Part shown: in pieces, positions 1 to 12,000 of the stretch
How the letters are laid out: each line of letters begins with the position of its first letter
How positions within the stretch are numbered: the first letter of the stretch is position 1
NCBI GenBank assembly: GCA_964187785.1
Contig: OZ076409.1
Location: 10,976,001 to 11,040,000 of the forward strand
Source: Amphiscolops sp. MND2022
Taxonomy: Eukaryota
Direction of reading: 5' to 3'
Length of the DNA: 64,000 nucleotides
The notes under the pieces: model-generated
What the model saw: the letters and a program-made list of their open reading frames with translations, nothing else
Told to the model about the DNA's origin: nothing
Database searches by the model: none
Translations under genes and position numbers: made by a program

Positions 1-3000
1 GATCAACAACAATGGACGAGCTGCCGTCAACACTATTTCCAGAGACGATTCTGTCGAGTTTGAGGTGAACTTCCTTCCTAGTGCAGATTTCTTAAAGTTT
101 TTACATGCTGCATGGAGACATGCAGGCTAATCTTTTACTCCAGTCAGAAAACTTTCGAAGCTCTTGATAAGAATCGTGCAATTTTGTAAACCCTTTGGCA
201 AGATACTTTTCAAGAGCGCCAAGAATATGTAAGATCTTGCAAGATCTTGCCAAGAAGTCATATGAAAAACTGACAAAAACTAACAAAAACTGACGCCAAC
301 TGCGGTTTGATCAGCAAACCATTTATGTCACAGCTATCGGCGCTACCAACCAAGCTATCACGATCTGAAATTCAATACTTTGTGTTGTCATATAGCTAAA
401 ATATCAAAGATTGATAGTGCAGCTGGTAGTGCGAACAATAGCCAAGTACTTGTGAACAAAATTGTTGTTTGTTTTACAACTTATTCATTTTCTTGACACT
501 CTTGATACGACTCTTACCAAGATTCCTATCAAGAATATCTAGAGGTTTGTGTGAAGCAAGAATAAACAAGATCTGATGAAGGCTTTCAAGAGTAAATGGG
601 AATATGTACGAATATGCGAGATCGTGGCAAAAATTTCAAGATATTTTGCACTGGGATGGTATGCGTCGAAAACAAAACCGGTCCTAAAGTAACTGTCGAA
701 TAATAATTGAGTGCAAACTCGTCAAATAATTACAGATTACCCACAGGGATTAGTCAGTGCTAACTATGAAATAATTTTCCTTAATTGATGCGTGAAATTT
801 TCAGGTTTGCGCAAAATTTCGCTTTTTTAGTTATGTAATTGCTTGCAATGTTTCATTTCTATAGTTTACAGTGTAATAATTCACTTTTAAAAAGTTTTGA
901 TAATAGTACGATCACAAAGTTAACACTACATCCGCCAGAGAACTTTCGACGAGTTGCTTTTCGAAGAGTTGTTTCCGACGAGTTGTTTTCGACGAGCTGT
1001 TTTCGACGAGCTGTTTTCCACGAGTTTTCCTAGATTCATCCTTTACAAAACTCAGGGAAAATTCAGGGAGAAACACTTCGTAGGTTACAAGACGCCCGCT
1101 AAGCACCGGGATATTTTCCGCTAACAGAATAGTCAAGTAATTAAAATAGTCAAGTAATTCTAGTGTTACTGGTCAAGTAAGGTGAAACTGGGAGGAGATT
1201 TGGCTGAATTTGGAAAAAAAACGCAAAACAGATAATGATTTTCCTCCCCATTTATGTGGGCGGAAAATAACAATGCATCATCCACAGTCCAAGCAGTTTC
1301 AACGTTTCAACCAGGGTTTCATTGTCAGAATTCAAAAAAGTCCAAAGGAGACTCCATTTGAACCCATCGAGAGGTATCGATGGACCCATTGCAGTGTTTT
1401 CCGATGGCTATCTATTGGATTTCAATTATCGCCAAGCGCGTTATGACCCCCTGGGAAGCATTTTGGGTCTACTTTTTCTGACCTGAATCTGCTTATCTAG
1501 CGTGAATGAGCTTTTTCGGGCCTAAACGTTACTCATCTTAATGTTTTGTCTCCAATATTGTCCTTTTTTTGTTTACCTCTCTGCAAAATAGTCTGCAAAG
1601 TAGCTTCAAAATCGTGGAATACCCAAGAATAAAGTTCATCGTCAGGGTATGTAGATTGCCATGCTAGGAAGTTACAGAGTATATTCGAACTGATCAGCAA
1701 CGGCTAATTCATGTGTTCAGGTCCTGTCGCAGGCTGCCGCCTGTGACGGAACTAGAATTTCAACAACAGCTGTTGGCCAAGATGTGGCTCCTGGGACCCT
1801 ACCTATTTATTAAAAGTAAACTGAAACTTTTCTTTAAACTTTTTCATTGTTTATGTATCTTGTTGCCTTGTTATTTTAAAAACTACCCGAAAGGGCCGTA
1901 CTGGGACATATTCCCTATTACCGAACCAAAAATGTGCTTGTTATTTATTTACAGACAACCTTAGTTTTGAATGTTAATTGTATATTAGTCCGTTAACATA
2001 GATTGTGTTGTGCTGTTGTTTTGTAAATGCAATGAAGTATTAATCGGAGATAATAGCAATCAACTTAGAGAAAGTACGGAAACGTGTTCAAATGGTCCTC
2101 TGTACTTTCTTGCTAGCGTCACTTGCGCTCACTCTATTAGCCAATCAGATGCCTTCATTTTGTACGCTTTATTCTCTTTTGCCGATTATGGCCTTTGTAC
2201 AATCTGGACGAGTGTGCTACTAATGCCGTTCAGGCAGACGGTCTAATCCGGCTATTTAGTCTACAATGAACATAGCACTTGTATTTAATGCTAATTCCAT
2301 GTAGTAATATTTTTTTAGTAGTAGGCTTTGTTGATCATGAAGTACCAATTTGAAGTGCTATTTAATGCTTTGTTGTGTTATTAACAAATAATTGCCCGAT
2401 TTTGCTCTAGTACAACCCTGTTGCATGAAATTTGATGTTATTGCCTTAACAGGCCTTTTGCCATTGTACCCATGAAAGGTATTTAGACTAAACATATTTG
2501 TTGTGCTGCCATGTGCTAAAGTATGTGCACTTACATCAACAAATACCTGTTCAATGAAAATATTTTGCCAAATATGTAAACGATGCTAACGGTTGAATGA
2601 TTGTTCCTTTGATGTATAATATTTGGAATGGATAGCGTTCATCCCGTGACCATCAGGAATGCAGTCATATGATATTGTCTTAGTCAAAGAATGTAAAGAA
2701 TGAGAGTGTCACTCTTTCGGGGGTTTAAATACCCGTGCCTTTGAGAGAGGAGACACTTCTTAATTTGCTCTCTTCTGAAAAGACTATCATATTAGTACAA
2801 ACGGTTTCACTGTTATTTTCGAGATATAATCTAATTCAATTTTATACTCGAAGTTTTCCTTATGCCTACTACGAGAAAACAAAAGAAGGCTAGAAAGTCC
2901 AGAGGACTAGAGATCCTTTCTGATATTGAAAATCTAGATATAATGTTAGGAGGCGATCGTTACAATGGAACTGAAAGAGAAAGGAGTTTAGACAGTAACT

Positions 3001-6000
3001 CCGTTAGAAGGAGAGAAAGTATCATGAGTAATAACTTAGACAACGAGGACGAAAGCCTGTTTTCAAATTGTAGAAATGATGAACCTAGGACAAGTGCCGA
3101 TCTTGGTCAAAACTCAGCTGAAGCAAACTCACTAGCTTAGATAAACAGGTTGTCAAGCGAATTAAACTCTAGGATATCCCGTGAGATGGATGAAATGATG
3201 AATAATGTTGGTACACAGATCCAGAGGGCCATCAATGAGGCTATTAACAGTCAAGTATTGCCTCAAATACAGAATGTCATAATGGCCGGATCAGGTCGAG
3301 AGACCAGAAGGGGATGGGAAGTCCCAGTTGAGAGATCGGAAGCAAATGCCGAGGAACAGCGGATTCAAAACGCCAAGGCTGACTGTAGAAATGAACAACA
3401 TGATGGATACCGTTCAGGTGGACCATCTACCCGTCATGTTCATGACATGGTGACAGGAGACAACGAATCTCCACTTCAAGTTCCCGAGTTTCTCACGGGA
3501 CGAGTCTCATCCAGAAACCATCTCGACAGGTCCTATGAGGATATTAACCTTGACACGACGATCCCAGCGCAAGAGAGAAATGCTCCGGCTGATCTAACTG
3601 ACCCTATTACTCGACTGGCAGATGTCTTGACAACGATGCAGAATAGGCCGACAGCCCAACAGCTCACTATACGCCCAGTCAATTCAAACACAATGACTTT
3701 TGATGGCAAGAGTGAAAAATTCGAGCTGTTTGAGGACCTGTTCCACACGATGATCAAGATGCAACCGGAAATGACGGAACAGATGAAAATAAATCACTTC
3801 CACTCACTGCTGAGGAAGAATGCTCTCCAAACCTTCCGGAACATCAGCTCGAGCAATAGACAGACTTTAGAGGACGTATTGGTAATATTCAGACGAAAAT
3901 ACGTCAAACCCGAATCACAGGCGACTGCCAAACATAAATGGAACCGTCTAGTCTGTGATCCCAACACGATGAAACTGCCAGATTTCCTTGAAGAATTAAA
4001 TCAAGGGGCAGAAAAAGCATTCGGGGATCACGCGCAGAAAATGATTGACAGTTTGCTCTACGCAAAACTGCCACCAAAACTGAAGCGGTCTGTAAACATG
4101 GCCAGACTCGAAAACGGCTCTTATGACGAAATAGTTGCTCATTTAGAGAGAGAGTTAGAACTAAATGCCCTTGAGGAATCAGACGACCTACCAATGGCCA
4201 CAATGACCTCCTCGACAACAAAATCCAAGACTCCTCTAACTACTGGGCAAATATCTGATATCACTTGCAACTATTGCAAGGAGAAGGGCCATATGGTCAA
4301 AGACTGTGAAAAATTGAAGAAGAAAAAGGAAAAAGATGCCCAACAAGGCAAACAGACTCAGAAAAAGACGTATCCGGAGTGTGGCACATGTGGTAAAAAG
4401 AACCACCCGGAGGAAAGATGTTGGCAAGGTGCTGGTGCTCATCTTAAACCCAAACGCACCAGACCAGAAGACGCTAATGACGGTAAACCCAATTCAAAGG
4501 CGCAGAAACCACAAAACAGGTCAACATCTTCCAACTCACAGGCCTCATCTTCCAATGATGAGTCAAAAAACTAACTTCGCCACGACTCCAATACAACGAA
4601 CTGATATCCGTCCGACAATACATCAGGTCGGATCCTCCAACGAAAAATTTTCATCAATATACACAACAATTGATGGGCTATCCCTCTGTTGTCTGGCAGC
4701 AACAGATGGACAAAGCAAAAACCATCACACATAACAACACACATTTGTTCCAAAAACCAATTCCTGTTTGGGACCCTGATTATACTACTACCTTCACTAC
4801 CCGATTCAGGCCCATTCCCCTGGTTGACAATTACAACCCTACCTACATAGATCCAGACTACGGCAGAGACCCCTATTGGGACACAGAAATCTACAACCAG
4901 GAACAACTACAATTCCAATATGTCTTAGACGATATCGAACACTATAATAGAACGGTCCACGAGAACCCTCCAATCACCCACAATAAAAAGACCAGAGCAC
5001 TAGTTGAAAACTGGCAAATGAATGATGGCACCAACCATCCAGTGTTCCCAAACCCATTGGGGACCGAGACCCATGAAGACGTTGCTCAACCCATACCACA
5101 ATCACTATTAGACGAGAAGCAATTCCAGAATGTCTTAATCACCAGGGACGGTGAACCAAACTGTGTACCATTGTCAACCAACATCAACCTCAAATGCAAA
5201 AAACGCATGTTGTACTTCCCCATGGACTTTGGGGAGTTGACCATAGATGGACTTATCGACACTGGAGCGCTGTCCAGTGCAATTCCTGAGATGGACCTCC
5301 GGAAAATTCGACTCCTATCTCCACAATCTGTTATCCGGGAAGGTCCGCCTCCAAATTTCCAAATCATGGTTGCTAATGGGCAATTGGAAACTCCTAAGAG
5401 TACCATAGAGCTCAAATTTGAAGTTGGTGACATTGAGTTTCATGAGATTTTTATAGTCATGGAACACCTGACAGGTCCGATTATCGGCCTAATGTTCCTT
5501 CAACGAAACCAAACAGTTCTGGACATGAGACAAGGAATACTGAATTTCCCGTTCTTCTCAATGCAGCTCAAAACAGCTGACCATAAATACTCAAATGTAT
5601 TAGAACCAATTCTCAATCCCATTGAGATAACAATTCCGCCAAATGATAGAGTCCTAATTAGGACCAATTCCCTACTGTACCCTGAGAATGCTGTCACTGG
5701 AATTTTGCAACCGAGCGACCTTCTACATGAATAAGGCGACATCACATTTTGCCCAGCTTTGGTCACTCTGAATGATGGCAACATATTGATACCAGTGAAC
5801 AACTTCACAGACCACCCCTATAAACTCAAAAAGGGACTTCATATTGCCAATTTCTCTGTTATGACGCCAGAACAAATGAAGTATCTCAAACCGGTAGACC
5901 CGGCATCAACCTGGCATCTTTTACAAAATGACCAAGAGCAGGCAGCCCACTATGTCAGCAGTCTCATCAAAACTAATAGAAATCCACAAAACTCCGAAAA

Positions 6001-9000
6001 ATACTGGTTCCCGACTCCAGAAAATCCTGGAAACCCTGAGGAACATACGCCCATACAAAAACGAATCCTCCAAGAATTACAGGCCTTACAGGTCCTGGAG
6101 ACACTTGACCCTACTAAAGATGACGAATCACGTGCAAAATTCCTAGAAAACTTTGACTGGAAGGATTCCACCCTTACTCCTGAAGAGAAGGAGAAAATTG
6201 AGGAATTGTTAGTGGAATTCCATGACAACTTTGCACGACACCGATTCGATATAGGCATGAACGAGGAATTCAAGGTGAAACTGACGCCTAAGGACGATTC
6301 CCCAGCCTATAGTCAAAGCCTCCCAGCTCCTATCAATTTGAAGGAGGACATCCTAGTCGAATTAGCCATGTTACACAAAGATGGCATAATAACTACACTG
6401 CCATTTTCGAAATACGCAAGTCCAATATTCGCACAAAAGAAACCGAATGGGAAACTCCGACTCTTGGTTGACTTGAGAAAAATCAACAACCTCATCTCGG
6501 ATGATTACATCAACAATAATCACCCCGTCAGTACACTAGTTGATGCTGCCCAACACTTGGCAGGCAAAAAACTGTTCTGTAAATTAGACTGCTCGCAGGC
6601 ATACCACTGCCTACCAATGTCTGACCAACGTTCAATCGAAATGTTGGCTTTCAATTTTGCCAGTCGCACATTCGCTTACAGACGATTGGCACAAGGCCTT
6701 AGTCGGTCACTATCCGCATTCTCGAGTTTTATGAGAGAATACCTTGACAAAGTAATTAAAGCGGATCAGTGTGCCCAGTATGTGGACGATATCGGCATCG
6801 CAGCCAATGATGTTGACCACCTCATGACGAACCTGAGAGCTACATTCAAATGCATTCAGGAAGCAGGCCTTAAGTTAACAATGCACAAATGTCATTTCGG
6901 TGCAAAACAAAATTGATTTCCTCGGACGGACTATTACCCCACAAGGCGTCAAACCCCAGAAACAGAACGTGCAAAACTTTCTGGAAAAGACCAAATTCCC
7001 GAAGTCGAAAAAGGCTTTACAACGATATTTGGGATTCCTAAACTACTACAGGAATTATGTCCCAAGACTCTCCGAACGCCTTGCTCCATTCTACAAGATG
7101 CTCAAACGAAAAGGTCCTAGTATCGAAAGAATTAGTCCAACAATTCGAAGAAATCAATAGAGCACTAGACAAATGTTGCGACCTGGCCCTACAACAACCC
7201 ATCCCGAACAAACAAATAGCACTAATGACGGACGCAAGTTTCGGTGCAGCTGGATACGCAGTATTAATAGAAGACGATCCGAACCAGAAATTTACTTCTC
7301 TTCGAAAATCCTATGCACCGGTGGCATATGGTTCAAAAACCTTCACCCCAGCTCAAATCAAGATGTCATTATATGCCAAGGAGATTTTGGCAATTTACTT
7401 TGCATTCAAAGAATTTGGGCATATATTCTGGGGTGCGCCCAAACCGGTCATAATCCTTACTGACAATAAGGCTGTAACAAGATTTTTCCAGACGCAAATT
7501 ATACCCCCAACACTCTGGAATGCGTGTGATTATGTGATACAGTTTAATTTTGTCATAGCGCATATCCCGGGGGCACAAAATACAGCCGCAGATTATCTGT
7601 CCCGATTGGAGGCAGACCCGAAGGACAAATTGGTCATGAAAATTCGGGAAGATGTGCAAACCTTACCAATAGAAATCAATGTCCAATCCTCAGGAGTATC
7701 CCAAGAGGAACAAATATTCTACACAAACGATGACGATGAGACAGAGGAACAGTACTGGGCAAGAAAAGAAGCAATCAGGACAAATCCAGTGATCGAATTG
7801 CCCACTGTCACAATACAAACTCTGTCTACAAATCTGGTAAAACAACAACCAGATATCCAAGTCCGTCTAAGGAAAACGAACCAGATCATTATCGAGCAGT
7901 CCAAAGATGCAGTATTGCAGCAGCTGAAGGCAAAGCTCCTTCATGAAGATTACTCAGAGAACATACTGCACCAGGACGTCCGATACAGACATTATGCAAA
8001 CAATATGGAACGACTTGCCCTAAAAGACGAAATCCTGACAAGGCAATATTTTGATGAGACAGGGAATGTGAAATACCATCAGATTTTACTCCCGCAACAC
8101 TTATTTATTCCGGGAATTGCTTCAATCCCTTCACGGGACAGCGCATAAACACCCCGGAATTTCAAAAATGCTGCAGGAAATCAGACAGAGATATTACTAC
8201 CCTAGCATGGCTAAACACGTCAAAAAGTGGGTAGAAGGGTGTGAACAATGTGCCACAGACAAGAGAGTCCCTAATGCAACGATCACACCTGAACTGCTCA
8301 ATTTGCCCGGATGGGACCTTGGACCTGAAGACGCCATGCAGATTGACTCACTGCCGAATCTTCCCCCAAGTGGAGGATACGAAAACGTCCTAACGGCAAT
8401 CGATGTATTTTCTAGATATTTGTTTGCTTACCCTCTTACGGACGCATCAGCGATCAATGTAGCAAAAGCGCTCATTGATATCATGACAAAACATGCGTAC
8501 TTGCCAACAACGCTTATCACTGATAAAGGTACCGCATTTACTTCCACAATTATCGCGGAGGTTACGCAAATTTTGGGAATTACACTCAAATGTGCGACGA
8601 CGAAACACCCGCAAACAATTGGGAAATTGGAGCGGACCCATGCCTCATTAAAGACAAATCTCAAAGTGGCATGTGGGGAATACCGCCGACAATGGCATAA
8701 ATACTTGCCATTAGCAGTACTGAATCATAATACAAGTTACCATGCCAGCATCAGCTGTGAACCAACGAGAGTATTCCATGGCCGAATTCCCTACAATATC
8801 CTAGATCATAAGCTTGGAAATAATCCAAACGAAAAGATCAGCCCTACAACCGAATTTGCTGAAGAAATCCAGAACAGGACGAAAACCCTAATAGACAAAA
8901 CGAAGCAAAATATTATGCAGTCATATATCAAATACAAGGAATATTATGACCGCAAAGCGAAAGCTGCTCCATTGAAGGAGAATGAATTCTGTTTTGTCTT

Positions 9001-12000
9001 ACAGCCGAAAGCGGACCATCAAGGATCGAAAATCCCATTCCGCGATTATCGTTGGGTTGGTCCATTCATAGTGCAAAAAGTCTTACCAAATGAGAATTAC
9101 ATTGTACGACGGCTTAATACAAACAAAACTCAAACATTGCATCGAATTCGCCTTAAAAAATTTGTCCCCAATCAACCGCTTGAGGACAATTTCCGAGAGC
9201 AACGCTTGCAGCCAGACGAAGAAATTGTTATTCCGCAGGACTTATACATCATAACGTGGGAAACCGACTTTGGCGAGCAGCTAACTACGCGAGACAACGA
9301 AGCTATTCCGACTAGCTTACCGAATGGCGAACAGCCGAGTACGGCACAAATTAACAATGACGCAAACGAGAGCGACGCGGATTATATAATCACGCGAGAA
9401 ACGAATAAAGACAATACGGCACACAGCCGGAATGACCGCTTAAGTGACAACGTCACAACGAGAAATGAAAATAATGATGCAAATAGAAATAAAGAATCTG
9501 ATTGGCCGAATCCGGCCGCTAGCCCAAACACTCAAGAAAAATCTTTACCGAGTACAGCAAATGCACCGGAAAATCATGAAATTTTGTCAGAAAGAAATTC
9601 GCTGAATGAAACGATGCACAATATTCTCCAAATAGGGGGGATGATATTATCGTGCCCGAAATATCTGAAAACGATGCTAGAAATGAAAGCCTGAGCCCTA
9701 GAGGAGGAAAATATAACCTCAGGCCTAACCCCAACCCGAACTACTCAGAAGACTATAGATACTAGAGAAAATTAAATTCGATTCAGGAAACTAGCCCTGA
9801 ATTGTTTTGCCTTTTTTCTCTTTTTATCTTTTATCTTTTAGTCCCAAGGCGAATCTTTTGAATAAATAATTGGGACAGCCAACAAAACCCCTTCAGAAGA
9901 ATAAATACGGGGCAAAAAAAAACAGAAATGAAAATTCAACAAAAGAAATAAACAAAGTTTACAGTTTGAGAGTACATATATACATATGTACATTTAGTTT
10001 TTAGAACTGCTAGCTGAAGATTCGTCGGCAACAGACGAAGCCCTAGAACGCGAAATGGCCCTCTCTATTCGTCTTCGCTTGCTATCACTGGGAAGTTTTA
10101 CTGCAGAGGCATCAGGGATAGATGAGGTATCTGCTATAGTGGGGCTACGAAATTGAAACTCTGACCCAGAAAGGATAGAACGGTAAGAAGTGACAAGGGT
10201 CTTGTAAATAGCAGTCCGGCCGAAACCGTCTACAAAAGGCCAAGGGTCATAATCGGCGGCGAAAGCGGATTGCCCGAAAGAAGAAGACAGCTGCTGGAAC
10301 TTCTCAAGTTGGGGCTCAGTGCAGCAGGCTAGCAGGGAATCAGGATCTGAAGTCAAATAACGTTGGCAGGGTAAGATCACGTCTACCAAACGGGACTGAA
10401 GCCCTGTTGTATCGATTCTCCCAAAGGAAACTGGGGGATATTCAGGATTGATAGTAGTTATGCAAAGACAGCTAAACTTAAACAAATAGCAAAGATGATC
10501 ATGGGACTGAAGGAATTCCAAATTCATGAAGAAATCGATGAGATCAGGAGGATCCTTGGCTGAACTAAATTCAGCGGAGTGATTGTTCCGGAGGTGGTCC
10601 AATAGGGCAACATACTCGTCTCGGCAAGCTGACTCGTTGAATTCCGAGACCCAGAAACGCAGCTGGAATGTGGAGTACAGGCAATCAAAATGGCGCAAAG
10701 CAACATCCACTGGTCGTTTGAATAGGATGTATGGGTCGAACGCTGCCAACCCTTTGATAAGTTCGAAACTAAGTTCAGTATGTTGGAGAACCTCCGACAA
10801 CAGGAACTTGATGTAATTCCTGGCGCTTGCTGCGAAATCCAATTTGGCCTGGTCGGCAGTCTTACTAATCGCTGCTTTACTGGACTTCATGTTGAAGTGG
10901 AGTCCAGCTGCTTTCAAGTTGCTTGCTGTAGTAACTTTGCCAGCGATCTTGAGATGCACCAGAAGGTTCTCGTCTCCCATGAATGTACCCTGGTTGAGCT
11001 GGAAATTCATCAATAAGAACCAGGCGTTCTCTAGTGGCACTGTATCCGGCTGGAAGATGCGGAAGCAAAGGCGGTTGATGTATTTGCACACTCCGCCACA
11101 GAGGAAGAAGGAGGCATCACGTCTCTGACTCAAATTGGTGACGAAGCTGGTGACATCTGAAATTCACAAATCAATGGTCCTTAAAAGGACAACAGACCAA
11201 AGGGATCTTAGTAGATTGAGAATACTCACAATCGCTGACCAAACGTTGAAAAAGCTCCAATTTGGCAGCAAAGAAGTTGTCCATGATGAGGGACCATTCG
11301 AAGCTCTGGACCTAGGAAAGAAGCAGTGTGAACACCTTGAGACTTACCCATCAACGATAATGCAAGGAAAGCAATTACTACGATTCCTTATGTAAAGAAA
11401 ATGCCACTTGAAGTTCATAACCTTATTGTGCACTCCTTGATTCTCTTGGCGAGATGAATGGGCTGTAAGATAGCGGAGGATTGTTTTCCACTTCTTCGAC
11501 AAGGTTCGGCAGAGTTCAGGAATTTTCTCCACTTCTAGTCTGCAGGTCGTGATTGCCTAAACAAAGTAATCCTCAGGATTGGAATTTCAACTGAAGTTGC
11601 TTACCACCCCCTACCAGTGTAATGTAAAAAACTAGACTCACTCGGACAAGTTCAGGTGACTCTGAAACCCAGTCTTCAGATAGGCATCCTCCGAGTGAGA
11701 CTAAGAGACTTTGGAGAACGGAAAACATGTCTATGTGCCCAAACACACTGTAGTTCCCCTTGTGCATCAAGGTACGCAAGTTGAGCAGTTCGAAGCGGAA
11801 GCAACTTTGAACCCCTCGCGGATAGGCTGGGTGATGGTCCACCGTCCTGATCAGGTCGACAGCGCAACCTGAGATCGCAACTATGTCAGGAGCAGTCGAT
11901 ACGACGGATAACAGTCGAGATAGGGAGCCCAGTTCCTCGGTGAGTCCAGCGCCGGTGAGGCCACTTCTGCAGATGAATAGGCGGCAGAGTTTCGCTCCTT

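Larger units (their letters stand above)
2862..4574 (+). pseudogene. gag: gag (~570 aa); premature TAG at 3138-3140 in this copy
   Basis: ORFs 2862-3140 and 3150-4574 are in frame; the 3' LTR copy has GAG where this copy has TAG. Two CX2CX4HX4C knuckles (CNYCKEKGHMVKDC, CGTCGKKNHPEERC). Confidence 0.92.

Noticed and set aside
11312..11347. Strong GTAAGT donor at 11347 as end of antisense exon 3
   Set aside because: Would give a 36-bp intron and the wrong phase for exons 4-5; the donor at 11421 preserves frame.
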